64,000 nt of DNA from Antedon mediterranea (Eukaryota; Animalia; Echinodermata), in the NCBI RefSeq assembly GCF_964355755.1, contig NC_092680.1, positions 4,588,001 to 4,652,000 on the forward strand. Reading direction: 5' to 3'. Every line of letters begins with the position of its first letter. Position 1 is the stretch's first letter. The notes under the pieces were generated by a model that was given only the letters and a program-made list of their open reading frames with translations, had not been told where the DNA came from and made no database searches. This document shows positions 26,299 through 40,987 of this stretch, piece by piece. A program made the translations under genes and the position numbers.

Positions 26299-29291
26299 AT
26301 GGAACAAAACCATTTAAATTACTTGAAAGGATATGCTGAGTCTTTCCAGCGAAGTTTTAACATGCGAGTTTTAGCCGAAGATACTGAGATTAAAGAAGCT
26401 TACAAAACAGCTCAGGAAAGAGGACAAGTACCCTTTAACAGAACCAATGTTCTTATTCTGGGTGATCATGGTGCTGGGAAAACCTCGACTTGCAGACGTT
26501 TTCAAGACAAAGATTTTCGGCCTGAAGAGCCTAGTACAATCGGAATAGAAACAAACACTGTTGAGGCGAAGGTTAGTGATGTTAATAGTACAAATGGTGT
26601 GAGTTTACAAACACTCCTTTACAAGATTATGAAAGTTCAGCAGCGTGGTGGACAGTGTCACGTGTGCTTCAACAGGATAAAAATAAGTTGCCAAAGGCAC
26701 GTAATAAATCTGTCACTGATGTAAATGTGTCGATCCGACAAATATTTGAGGACATAATTTACATGCTGTTTCATATTATTCCAATGCCTGTAATTTTCTG
26801 TTTTGGTGGACTTACTTTCGGGTTCGGACCGGTTGCATGGTTATACATCTTTTACATTTCAAGAATTTGTGATGTTCACAGTGCCTATCGCTTTGGTTGT
26901 GCGTACACTTTATGTATGGCACTCGTAGACAGTGCTACTCAAGTTGCTCAGCAACCTGTCGTTGAGTTAAATATGTGGATTTATGTGACTGTTGTTATAG
27001 TTGTTTGCTTGTATGGGTTGGGTTCGTTCCTGGTTGGTGTGCTTATGAGTGCAGGTGGTAGGACTGGTATTTGCTTAGCTTTTTGTCTCATGGTACATCC
27101 AAAACATACCGTACTATTATTTCTATTGAAGTTTTCATAGAAAAAATATTATTCATTGACAATATAATATACATTGAGTTTGGTATTTTCTGCAGTTATT
27201 TTAATATTTGTTTTTAGAAGTATGCATACCAAAATATTTTCTCTTAGTCGAAGAAAGTTGGTCATTGTATTTATACTAAACATAATGCTTATAACAACAG
27301 CATTATATTTGGGAAGCCACAATTTTGTTGATATATTTACATCGTTTTGCTTTATTTCAATCGGATTTTTTTTGCAATTTGTGGAGTTCTTCTAGGAAAG
27401 CAATTTGGAGCGTATGGGTATTTCACTGAACACTACCTTGTAAAAAAGGCTATTGGGTTTATTGCTGGGATTTATATTGGCAGAATGTTTGGTTGGAAAT
27501 TTGAAAATTTTAACAATCTAACTATCTTAGAGAAAGAACTTTCACAATATTTGCTTAAAGTTGTGTCATTTGTTGCACCAGTTTTGGGTTTTATTATCTA
27601 CGAATGGTTTTCTTACATGAAAGTAAAATCGACGTCATCGATACCAATTGTGCATATCAGAAAATCAATGGAAGCAGATCTACGAAACGAATGTTACATT
27701 GATGCCAGACTAAGTTTATGGGATTTTGCAGGACAAGAAATGTACTATAATACACACCATCTATTTATGCCAAAGCAAGGCGTATACTTGGTCGTTTTCA
27801 ACGCTGGAGAAGCGATTTCTAATCCTGATAGACACATTAAACGGCTACAATTCTGGTTACAATCTATTGCTATGCATGTTGATATTGAGAATGTTGTAGT
27901 GTTTCTTGTAGGAACAAGAAGAGGAAGTGTACGTGATAAAAATGCGTTTTCTACTTTTGATAAATTTGTAAATGCACATCTTTACAAAAGGTTTTCAAAA
28001 TTGATTGCTTTTCATCCAAGTGGACGAATTTGCTTTTTTATTGAAAACGCATTCAATGTTGATAAGGAGCTTAACATCTTACGAGAAAGGATATATAATG
28101 AAGTAACGAAATTGAAATATGTTTGCGAAATGTTTTCTGTAAAATACCTATTATTTAAAAATACTTTAAATGGATTTCGACATAGACAATGTATTATTGC
28201 GAGTGTAAAAGGTATTGAAAATCAATTAAAGTTACCAAGCAAAATCTTTGTGAAATATGGAGTGCGTCAACTTTTGAATTTCTTTGATAAATCTGGAGAT
28301 ATCATATACAATGAACTTGATGAACTACTTCAGAATTATGTTGTTTGTGATCCTCAGGTATTAATAGACATTCTGAAAGTATTAGTGAATGTACCTGAAC
28401 CACACAAAAGAAACAGAGCCGTCTCTGATCTTTGGCAGAGATTACAAGAAATGGAATTGTTGATAGTAGACTGATGGAACACATTTGCCGAAACAAAGGA
28501 ATTTGGTCAGTTTATCCTTATGTTATTCGGTACTTGGTGGGAACAGAATTGATGTTTCCACTTACAATAACTAATCAAGTTGATCAAGTTGGAACATTTT
28601 GTCTTCCTTGCAAATTGCCCAAAATTAATTTACAACAAGGTGAATTTGATTCTAATACATACTTTTACTTCGATTTTGGTGAAGTTTTAGGCCTACTAGA
28701 ATTTATATTTCTTCGACTTTTTGGAAAATGCTGCCAAGTTTTTGATTGGCTTGAGGTCTATTATAACTTTGCACATTCCAGAGCAAGTGAAACATGTTTG
28801 TTTCAAATAAACACTGAAACAGTTTCTTCGGGCAGTATTTTTCTATACGATAGAAATCTCATCAAACTTTCAGTTTTAAAGGAAATCCCGAGTCAGTCAG
28901 TTAATATCTTACAGAAAATGCATACGTTCATTGAAGAAATAATCCTACAAACGTTTAATCCGGAATACTTTCATGATCAGTATCTTTTTGGTCCTGTGTG
29001 CGAAAGATGTAGTTCTTTCGATGGAACAATGTGTTTAGTGAATCAATAAGTAACGATGCATCAAATGAATACAGAGTAGATAAATATCACAAAGTGTATC
29101 ACAAACCAGAGGTAATTATATGGTTATTTTAGCTAAATGTGCTTTAATTAATTATCTTTGTTAGTAGTGAGTAACGCCATAGTTAATTGATTTAGTTTTT
29201 GTTTTTAATATTATTTATACTAATTTGCTTTATAAATTCTTTTTTTTTTTTGCAGTTCAGTTTTACCTGCTGTAAACCAACCTTCACCTAG
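26299..29291 (+). pseudogene. R4: TM-Roc-COR pseudogene with multiple frameshifts; exon to 29111, terminal exon 29256-29291
   Basis: Homologous sequence spread over ORFs 26299, 26655, 27174, 27347 and 28432; indels near 26590, 27115, 27370, 28450 and 29045. Confidence 0.85.
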
Positions 29292-29411
29292 ACAACTGTT
29301 TGATAAATTGATCAAATAAACAGGTTATGTAGTGTTGCATTAAATACAGGAGAACCCCAGGGGACACTACCGACATTTTCCGTTTAATATAGGTTTTTGC
29401 GCGGAAAAACA

Positions 29412-30274
<863 letters not shown>

Positions 30275-30709
30275 TATTGACTACAAGTTCATTTATTTAA
30301 TGGAAACTCATGTGTTAACAAGTTGGACATTTGTATCGTTTGTTTGAAACCATTAGATATCCAATTCGGATATAAACATATTGCTCTTGTTTGTAGACAA
30401 TTGATATCATACACAATTGCGACGAATTAGACTGTAAACATCACTTTTTAAGAGTCCCATAAATCAAAACAAAACGTATGGGCGATGCCAATTATTTTTA
30501 TTTGTAATTGTTGTCCCCCAAAAACATGAAAAATGAAGATTAATTAAATCAGACTTTGAATATGTTATTCTGTAGTTTTAATAAAGTTAATCACTTCAAT
30601 AGAAAAAAAACTAAAAAAAAAGTTTTCACTTATAAAATGACCAAAAATCCATTGCCTGGCAGCCAATTTGACCATTGTTTGCTTTATTTACATTTTTCAG
30701 GTAAATACA

Positions 30710-30834
30710 TTTTTAGTCGCGTGGACGCAACTCTATAGTTCACTATGTCGGTCGGTCGGTCGGTCTGTCGGTCTGTCTGTCGGTCCGGTATCACTATGCG
30801 TTTTAGCACGCGACTTGTGGCTGTTGGCCTTGTT
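30710..30834 (-). mobile_element. HINE/DINE-1-like element (related subfamily)
   Basis: TTTTAGTCGCGTGGACGCAACTCTATAG hairpin, (GTCG/GTCT)n and CACGCGACT...GGCCTTGTT. Confidence 0.6.
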
Positions 30835-32880
30835 TTTTCTCGATCCAATTGTTGGTCAAAGTGGAAAACTATTATGTTACATTAAAATGGAATATTCAAC
30901 AATTTCTTTAAAGAATTATTTTTTCAGGGGGACAATACATCTTTAAGTTATATTGTTTACATATGTATTGTTTAATATTTGTAAGTGTCTCTTACCGCAA
31001 TCTTCTATAGAACGTTTCGAATCAACTGGTAGTCGTAAATAACTATCAACAACCAAACATTAATTAATCGTATGCGCAGTCGGATTGCTGTATTTATATG
31101 CATCAAGGGTTTATTAACAAACATATTTATTATATTGCACTTGTCTTTAAGTTCCTTTTCTTACAGTTAGTACCTAATTACAATTATTAAAATACATTGT
31201 TCCGGAAAACTTTTTTTTTCTCTTTTGTGGGTATTTAAGTGATATTATATTATTATATTATTATATATTGTGTTGAAATCTAAATACGTATATAGAGAAA
31301 ATTTATATTACAGAGCTAAAACGATATAAAGATTGACATCAGTATTAAAAAATGAGATTCGGTATAATAATGATAAAAATGATATATTGCATTATAAGAT
31401 TGTGGTTTGTTTAAATACTTTGATAAAATTGTATAGTTTTTTTTTATAAATAAAAACATTTTGAACATAGTTATTGTTTTCAAGATTTACATGAATCATA
31501 TGATAAAATAACAACAAAGCTAAACCCAAACCGAAGAAGGCCTACGGGGATACGCCCTCGTCGCTAGACAGATCTATTTTTATAGTTTTAGTTGAAGTCC
31601 TGGCTGAAGATAAAGTTACGGAAATATATACCTATAAATAATACAGTAATTGCGTTTTTAATAGGCTGCGCTTTTGACTTGCAGATACTTTACGTTACTC
31701 CGCCGCATTTCAATGTTATTAGCGAGCTAGTTTTGGGACGGCAGACGATGACGCGATATCGTTCGATCAAGATCGATGTTTTGTATAAAACTACTTTCAC
31801 ATTAGTCGAAAACTCGTGCGCTTTTTTAATAGAAAATAGAGTAGGTCTATTCACAGTTGTATTACTAACATATTCCCAAGTTATGTTATGTAGGCCTAGG
31901 CCTGTACTCTCTTGTAAGGCTTCGATATATGTATCAGTATAAGGAAGTACATCTACTGTATCTGATTGATGGATTGTGAGTTAACCAAGGTAAGACTAGC
32001 AATAGTTACAAACGTATTTTTATTCTTTTCTTGTTTTGAAGAGCTAAAAACTATTTGTGGTTTAAGGGTCACTGTACCAGAAAATACGAATCTTCTGATT
32101 GCATTGTTTACTGCTCCTCGTTATCAATACAAAAGATAAGCATAACCTTAAATTGATCGTATATGGTACACTAATGCCAGGTAAATTTCCCTTTTCTTTC
32201 CTTATTCCCTTTTGTATTATGTTATTGTATTGTCTTCTTTAAGATCGGAAATAAATGAGAAAGTAACACAGTTAATAAACCATACTTCCTATTGTGTATG
32301 TTGTTAGGCAATAGGTACCGATAGTACAGTTGGGTTGTTGGTTTCCTGAATCTCGGATGCATCACAAGCAATCTTAGCTTATGTGCCTTCAATTCAAACC
32401 AAGGAACCGTTAAGTGAGTCAAATATAATGTAACCAGATACGGTTAACCCGGGAAGTGGGTTAAATTACAAGTAATGCTGCGAAATGATTTTTAGATGCA
32501 ATATGTCTTATTGAGAGACACTTCTAATTTTGGAAAATTAAAGTTCAGGTTCTGTCGAGGAAACGTAAAATAAATTGGAATCAAATTAACGTACTACTGC
32601 AGTGCGCGAAACCGTTTTAAACCACCGTGTTCTGCAGCTGCGCCTCGACGCGCCATTCACATATCCTTACGAGCTTAATTTTAAGTGCCGATGTTGTTCT
32701 TACCCTTACAATAAGAGTGTTACTTTCAAGAAATGTTTTATTTAATAATTTCACAATCTTTAATTGATAATCACGGTTGAAGAATTAAATGTCCTATTTT
32801 ATACAATTATCTTATATAGGAACAAATCTGATCCGCGATAAACAGGAATATATGGGGAAAAGTCAAAATCAGAAAACAAG

Positions 32881-35865
32881 ATGGAACGGAAAGGATTGAA
32901 TTACTTGAGAGAATGTTCTGAATCTTATAAGCGAAGTTTTAACTTGCGAGTTTTAGCAGATGATTCCGAGATTAAAGAAACTTACAAAACAGCCCAAGAA
33001 AGAGGAAAAGTACCTTTTAACAGAACGAAGGTACTTATTTTGGGTGATCATGGTGCTGGAAAAACGTCAACCTGCAGGCGTTTGCAGAGTAAAGATTTTC
33101 GTCCAGAAGAGCCTAGTACAATCGGAATAGAAACAAACACTGTTGAGGCGAAAGTCAGTGATGTTAATAGTAAATGGCGTGAGGTGACAAACACTCCATT
33201 AGAAGACTATGAAAGTTCTGCAGCGTGGTGGACAGTATCTCGGGTGCTCAAACAGGATAAAACTAAGGATAAGTTAAAGGCAAATAATACGTCTGGAAAT
33301 AATACATATGCTTCGATCGGAAAAGTATTACAGGACACATACTACCTAATGTTTCATATTATGCCTATGACAGTAATGTTCTGTTTTGGTGGACTTACAT
33401 TTGGATTCGGGCCAGTTGCATGGTTTTATATAATTTGTCTTTCGGTATTTTGTGATTTTCACAGTGCTTATCGATTTGGCTGTGGTTATACTATATGTAT
33501 GGTACTCATAGATAGCGCTACACATTTTGGCCAGCAACATGTCATACAATTTAATTTACAGATGTACGTAATGACTATAACAATTGTCTGCATGTATGGA
33601 CTGGGGTCGTTCCTTGTTGGTGTGCTTATGACTACAGGTGGAAGGACTGGCATCTGTATAGCTTTGTGTTGCATGATACATCCAAGCCATACCACAATTT
33701 CTCTCGAAGTCTTACTAGAACACTTATCTAATATGTTTTACAGTATGAAATATTTAGAGTTCTCAATTTATGGAGTTACTATATTGACCATTTTTAAAAT
33801 CATTAACACTAGTCTAAGAAATGTGATAATTGTATTGGTACTTAATATCATGCTTATAACAGCAGCGATATATTTCGGAAGACACAATTTTGTTGACATT
33901 TGTACATTATTTTGTTTCATTTTTACCGTGTGTTTCTTGATTTGTGGGCTTATAATAGGAAGAAAATTAGTGGCGTATGGGTATGTCCCTCAATACTACC
34001 TTTTTAAACGGTTTATTGGGTTTATTGCTGGAATATATATTGGCAAAATGTGTGGTTGGGAAATTGGCAATTTTAACCATCTAAGTATATCAGAGAAAGA
34101 TCATAGCCTCTCTATGTCAAGTTTGTTGACATTTATTGCCCCAATTTGGGGGTTTATAATCTACGAATGGTTTTCTTACATGAAAGTAAAATCGACGTCA
34201 TCGATACCAATTGTGCATATCAGAAAATCAATGGAAGCAGATTTACGAAACGAATGTTATATTGACGCCAGACTAAGTTTATGGGATTTTGCAGGACAAG
34301 AAATGTACTATAATACACACCATCTATTTATGCCAAAGCAAGGCGTATACTTGGTTGTTTTCAACGCTGTAGAAGCGATTTCTAATCCTAATAAACACAT
34401 TAAACGGCTACAATTCTGGTTACAATCTATTGCTATGCATGTTGATATTGAGAATGTTGTAGTGTTTCTTGTAGGAACACAAAGAGGAAGTGTACGTGAT
34501 GAAAATGCGTTTTCTACTTTTGATAAATTTGTAAATGCACATCTTTACAAAAGGTTTTCAAGATTGCTTGCTTTTCATCCAAGTGGACGAATTTGCTTTT
34601 TTATTGAAAACGCATTCCATGTTGATAAGGAGCTTAACATCTTACGAGAAAGGATATATAATGAAGTAACGAAATTGAAATATTTTTGCGAAATGTTTTC
34701 TGTAAAATACCTATTATTTAAAAACACTTTAAATGGATTTCGACATAGACAATGTATTATTGCGAGTGTAAAAGATATTGAAAATCAATTAAAGTTAACA
34801 AGCAAAATCTTTGTGAAATATGAAGTGCGTCAACTTTTGAATTTCTTTGATAAATCTGGAGATATCATATACAATGAACTTGATGAACTACTTCAGAATT
34901 ATGTTGTTTGTGATCCTCAGGTATTAATAGACATTCTAAAATTATTAGTGAATGTACCTGAACCACACAGAAGAAACAGAGCCGTGTCTGATCTTTGGCA
35001 GAGATTACAAGAAACTGGGATTGTAGATAGTAGACTGATGGAACACATTTGCCGAAATAAAGGAATTTGGAGAGTTTATCCTTACGTTATTCGGTACTTG
35101 GTGGGAACAGAGTTGATGTTCCCACTTACAATAACTAATCAAGTTGATCAAGTTGGAACATTTTGTCTTCCTTCCAAATTGCCCAAAATGAATTTGCAAC
35201 AAGGTGAATTTGATTCTAATCATACTTCTAATATATTTTACTTCGATTTTGGTGAAGTTTTACTAGAATTTATATTTCTTCGACTTATTGCAAAATGCTG
35301 CCAAGTGTTTGATTGGCTTGAGGTCTATTATAACTTTGCACATTTCAGAGCAAGTGAAACATGTTTGTTTCAAATAAACACTGAAACAGTTTCTTCGGGC
35401 AGTATTTTTCTATACGATAGAAATCTCATCAAACTTTCAGTTTTAAAGGAAATCCCGAGTCAGTCAGTTAATATCTTACAGAAAATGCATACTTTCATTG
35501 AAGAAATAATCCTACAAACGTTTAATCCGGAATACTTCCATGATCAGTATCTTTTTGGTCCAGTATGTGAAAGATGTAGTTCTTTGGATGGAACAATGTG
35601 TTTGGTGAATCTTGTTGCAATAAGTAACAATGCATCGAATGAATACAGAGTAGATAAATATCACAAAGTATATCACAAACCAGAGGTAATTATATGGTTA
35701 TTTTACCTAAATGTGCTTTAATTAATTATCTTTGTTAGTAGTTAGTAGTAACGCCATAGTTAATTGATTTAGTTTTTGTTTTTAATATTATTTATACCAA
35801 TTTGCTTTTTAAATTCTTTTATTTTGCAGTTCAGTTTTACCTGCTGTAGACCAACCTTTACCTAG
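32881..35865 (+). CDS. R6: TM-Roc-COR paralog (~946 aa); exons 32881-35685 and 35830-35865
   Basis: All Roc/COR motifs present. In-frame TAA upstream of the ATG supports the start. Donor GAG|GTAAT; last exon FSFTCCRPTFT*. Confidence 0.88.
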
Positions 35866-37016
35866 ACAACTGTTTGATAAATTGATCAAACAAACGGGTT
35901 ATGTAGTGTTGCATTAAATACAGGAGAACCCTGGGGGACACTACCGAAATTTTCCCTTTCATAAAGGTTTTTGCGGAGAAAAAACTAATTTCAAAATGTG
36001 TACACTAAATTAATTGTTCTGGACAAGAAATGTTAAATAATGATTAAAACTGTATCTGTCAACGTTTCACCAATGAAAACTATCATTTCAGAGAAAGTAT
36101 CAAATTATTATGAGATCCGTTTTTGTATTAGTAATGCTATAAATTTGGTGTTTTGTTGTTTTGTGAGCTCTAGCTTGGTTTCGAATTTCTTTGGATTTTT
36201 TCTTTTAATTTGAAAGTGAGATATTTAGAGAGTTAAGTTAATTTAGGAAATAGGTAAGCTATCTTTGCGATTCCCACCGTCATAAATGCATAGTCAACTG
36301 TCATGATACATACATTAAATCACAGTAATCGCTATTTATTATAAGGGATGCCTCTTGCCACCGTAGGTATTTTGTCACCCGTGGCCTGTCACCGCCTTCT
36401 GTTACATCAAAAATGCACAAATCATCGGGGTTTCAAGTTCAAGAACATAACAAGGCCATATACATGGCTGCAGTCGCGTGCGCACATTTGAGTTAGTGTT
36501 TACCGACCGGTCAACATAGTGAGCTAAAGCTAAAAATGCTCGAATTAGCCTCAAAGAATTACGACTTCTTGCTATATACTGTACTTAGAACAGTTTTTAA
36601 GAAAGGAAAGTCTAGAAATAGTGTTCAATGTATGTAATATGTTACTAATAAAGAAAGAAATATCGTTAATCGATAGCGCGAACATTTGATTTGTAGCGCT
36701 TAACATTTTTTCATTTTTCATTTATATATTCGAAATCAAAAATGTCCTTGGATCTCAAAAGCAACAGACTTACCATAACAAGATATTTTCTGGGCCCCGT
36801 TAGAGTTGAAACTCCCTTCCCCGAGTTGTCGTAACGCGAAAAAATGAAAGAAACAAAATAACTTCTTTTATCGGATCTCAGACGATACCAATTGAAACTT
36901 TAAAAAGTCTCCTATCAATTCTAAGTAGCCCTAAATAAAAAATACTAAACTTGCCGACAGAGAGCCCACAATGTTACAAAATAAGCATAGTACATTTTAG
37001 TGGGGCATGCGCCGTT

Positions 37017-37170
37017 AAGTCGAATTTCCACTAGGTGAATTTGTTCGCGCGAATCGAAAGCGTCAGCTTATACGCATATTCATGTTTCCATCTTCCAAAT
37101 CCACACATGCTTATAAGCTGACGCTTTTGATTCGCGCGAAAAAATTCGTCTAATGGACAATAGGGTTTAA
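37017..37170. mobile_element. Short palindromic MITE-like element (paralogous copy ~53740-53902)
   Basis: Imperfect inverted repeats TTCGCGCGAATCGAAAGCGTCAGCTTATA / TATAAGCTGACGCTTTTGATTCGCGCGAA. Confidence 0.55.
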
Positions 37171-37332
37171 GCTGTACGACGTACTTCGACAACATGCGTC
37201 ATAGCTATACGCGCGATGTGTCATCATTCACATCATATGCTTCTTTTGAAAATGGCAGAAGCAAACGTTAGTACATGGAGGAAAAGATATAGATTGCGGG
37301 AAAGTTGATGAAATAACAAACAAAAAATCGCG

Positions 37333-39330
37333 GCCGGGTAGATTTTTTTTTTTGTACATAAGGCCCTGTTCAGACCCATGGCGTTAGACCGTTTTAGCGT
37401 ACAACGTTACTAGCAAGGTCACGTTACAAACCGCAGAGAAAAAAACGAGGTGTTCAGACCCATAGCGTACGATTATCGTTACAACGGAAGTACGTCATTC
37501 AGGTTGTTTCTAGTTGCATATTCATGTGCTCTTACCCACGTGTTTTCATCATTATTTCCACTGTGTATAGGCCTAGATCTCAGCCCTACAATTATGACAA
37601 AATTTGCCGTAAATAAAACAACATACCTCAGCATTTATTTAAGAAAAATATAGTAAAGCCAAATTTCTGTTTCTATTGTTTTTATTTTGTATTAAAAAAC
37701 ATTTTCCCCAGGTTCTTGTGTTACGAAAATAAAGCAGGCCTCCTAATGATGAAGAAATTGATTGTGATTAGTCTATCCAGTCCAGTCAAAGATATATATT
37801 CTTTGTTCCAGTAGGTTTTAAATAACCCTTAACTTGCTAAATAAAAGGGACACAGCTCCCCTTGTTTGTTTACTGATTTTTTTTAGGAGTTAGGGGGTTT
37901 TCAGCATTAAACTTGTCCAGTCTAGTCTGCCTTGTATATGAATGAGTGACTTGATGTCTCACGCTAGTTTTTAGCTTGAATGAAATGCGTGAATGACTCT
38001 AGGCCTAGCTAGGCCTAAAAGCGGATGGGATCGTAGTCCCTATGTTTAAATACAAGGTGCATGTATTTATGTCATTTGTTAGAAAATATAATGGTAATCA
38101 GTTGATAGTAGTTTGTAGCCTTTGTAACAGTTGTATTTGTAGTGTAGTTAGGCCTTATTTATTCTGGCCTTTTTGTTATTGAAATCCATCTCACACATTG
38201 ACGATACAAGATGTCAGCCTAGGTCAAACCTTGTATCGCGTCATAACAGGAAACGTTCTGATTGGATACAACGTTGACTTACAGTAGCGTCGTACGCTAA
38301 AACGGTACTATCAACCGTTTTCCACTACAACGCTACAACCGTTGTACGACGCGTTGTACGCTAATCCCCAACTGTTCAGACACACATTCTTTTAGCGTCG
38401 TACGCTAAAACGGTCTAACGCCATGGGTCTGAACAGGGCCTAAGTTGGGGACCCCTCATGAAACGTCACAAAATAAACATGAATAATTCATCAGTTAAAT
38501 TTGTTATTCCGTGTGCACCCAAGCGCATAGCAACAAGAAGTGATTACACAACTGCGATACGATACTTTCTACAGTAGGCCTAGGATTCTAAGTCAATTCA
38601 CGTGATTGCCTTCGCGCACTCTTCTTCACACACACACATCACTATGCAAAATGTGTCGAGTCGAGGCTGATCGACAGCTAGGCAAGGCATTACACTAAGT
38701 AGTAATTCATTGGACATAGCCCAAAGAAAGCTTAGACCCACAAGAATAAAGAATGTGTATAATTTGTGTACTGTATTTTTTTAATTCTGCTATTTTATTA
38801 TCAAACAATATGCATGTACTGTACTCAAAGGAACTTTAAAAACTTCGCGTATATGAACACATGAGATGGGAAGATTAGACCCACGAGAATAAAAAATGTA
38901 TTTTTGTGCAATGTTTATTGTTTAATTTTGCTGACTGATTACTCGGATTGTGTCATACCTAACACACACACGTCACACGCACACCCACACAGCTACTACT
39001 AGAATAGACATGGGTTTAGAGACTAATAATTAGGCCTAATAGTATTAATAGAAATTATAATTTTAACACGTAATTCTTTAGTAATAAATTATATTAAAAA
39101 CACCATAAACTAAAGGCTGATTATTTCGACAATCCACACAAAACGCAGCTATTCGTCTATGAAATCGCACGCCGCAACAACAGCGGAGATAGGCCTAGAA
39201 TCGTACCGCAATACGCTTAGGTGCACACACGGAACAAGAAAATTTAACTGATGAATTATTCATGTTTATTTTGTGAAGTTTCATGAGGGGGTGCCCAACT
39301 TATGTACGAAAAAAAAAATCGCACCCCGGC
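37333..39330. mobile_element. Non-autonomous TIR element with ~120-bp imperfect TIRs; the left TIR is split by a younger MITE
   Basis: Left arm (37333-37361 + 38444-38530) is the reverse complement of ~39208-39330; TSD not resolved. Confidence 0.7.
37362..38440. mobile_element. PIF/Harbinger (Tourist-like) MITE
   Basis: Perfect 41-bp TIR GGCCCTGTTCAGACCCATGGCGTTAGACCGTTTTAGCGTAC; TAA target duplication at 37359-37361 and 38441-38443. Confidence 0.88.
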
Positions 39331-39932
39331 GTGTCTCCGGAGATCACTCCGGAGTTTTGGTGTGAAAGGGGTTTCCAAGTTATATACAGTATGCCTATTC
39401 TCTTGTTGGCCTTTGATAAGAAAGTACACCATTCTTTACCATGGGTTGTGAGTTGACTAACATAAAGATCCATACGATTTAGATATATGCATTTTGCCTA
39501 CATATAACAAAGAAATTAGACAGGTTTTCATCCTATAGGATAACCATTTATGCTGCCCTTGATATAAACAATATTTCACATGTCCAATCAAATGACGTCA
39601 TGATTGGTAAGTAAGAGTAATAATGTCGATGATGACGATAAGATAATCACGATACAAAGATTTCTTATTCTTATTGATCATGACGTGATTTGATTGGATT
39701 TAAAAACATTGTTTTATCATAATTTATTTAGATGTTTTATGTAAGTGTACCTTTTTAATCGTCGATCGTTAGTGAGCCTTTAGACTATCAATAGTTACGA
39801 AGTACAGGTATTCTTTCCTAGGACGTATTCATGAGCAAAACATTTATGTTTTAAGGGTCACTGTACCCGGAAATAAGAATCTTTTATACAGATTGAGGTA
39901 CAATGATGTAATAGTAATGTCAATCATAATGT

Positions 39933-40005
39933 GAATTTTCCGAGCACTTGCTTTATAACGAGCAGTAAATTACTGCTCGTTATAAAGCAAGTGCTCGGAA
40001 AATTC
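39933..40005. repeat. Perfect hairpin, 36-bp arms with a 1-nt spacer
   Basis: GAATTTTCCGAGCACTTGCTTTATAACGAGCAGTAA-A-TTACTGCTCGTTATAAAGCAAGTGCTCGGAAAATTC. Confidence 0.9.
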
Positions 40006-40296
40006 CCCCATTTCTTTTTATATTCCTTTATTTATTTTATGTTTCGTATTGTTCAGCTCTTTTAAGTGAAATAACTATTTACTGAGTTAGACAAAGTAAA
40101 AACTTTCGATTCATGTTAACAAAGGATGCATCGTACCATGTACATTATTGACAATGTAATCATTTTAGTACTTCATTGGTTGTTGGGTTTACTGTACCTC
40201 GGATGCGTCACCAGCAATCTCACTTGATTTGTAGTGTCTTCAAATAATTTCAATATAAGTTAAGGTGAGTTCACTTATAATTTAATCAGATAAGTG

Positions 40297-40565
40297 ATGG
40301 AGTGGAGTTGTAGATTGGTGGTTATGATGCTTAGCTACCAATTTAAGGGTCCTGGGTTCAAGTTCTGTCATATGTCAGGATTTTTTCTCATGACAATTTA
40401 CAACTCCACTCCCAAAGACTTAATAATAAGTCTTTGTTTATATAGAGCATCTTGTGTATATGTTTCTCTTGTAAATGAGATTGCCACTTTTGAGAAGGAT
40501 AGTGAATGAATTCACTTGTGGTTATCCTTGGCAATTTGCCTAAAATGAGAATAAATCAAATAAAA
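40297..40565 (+). mobile_element. tRNA-derived SINE-like insertion
   Basis: Absent from the paralogous site at ~48300; A-box-like TTGGTGGTTATG, B-box-like GGGTTCAAG and an AATAAATCAAATAAA tail. Confidence 0.5.
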
Positions 40566-40987
40566 GTAAAGGAATATTTTACTACAATGTGAATAGAAAC
40601 AGGCAATAGAGTGGTGCTTTGATCATTTCTTTTGGTGTTTATTTTCTATTATTGGTCTTACGTATAAAAAAAATACTTAATGTTACTTTTATAAGCAATC
40701 TTTGATTTGTCAATTGTTACAAAACATTAAGTGAAATATTTCACGATTATAAAGACTTTTTGTTTTAGACAATAATCTTATAATTTCATAGATGTATATC
40801 TGATCTGCGATAAACAGGATTATGAGGTAAAGATAAGAAAACAAGATCGAACGAAAAGCACTGAATTACTTGAGATGAAAAACTGTTTATATTAATATTT
40901 CTATTATTTGGTAAATTGAATTACCATTATATTATATAGCATAAGAATTGATGCTACACAAGCAAGTTAGAAACAGTCCGACTAAAG

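Noticed and set aside
26299-29049. R4 as several separate genes, programmed frameshifting or pure sequencing error
   Set aside because: The fragments tile one paralog, with about five indels, several outside homopolymers, while neighbouring copies are intact; a pseudogene is the simplest reading.
31592-31942. 116-aa ORF upstream of R6
   Set aside because: TTG start, no recognisable motif, not conserved in the other units.
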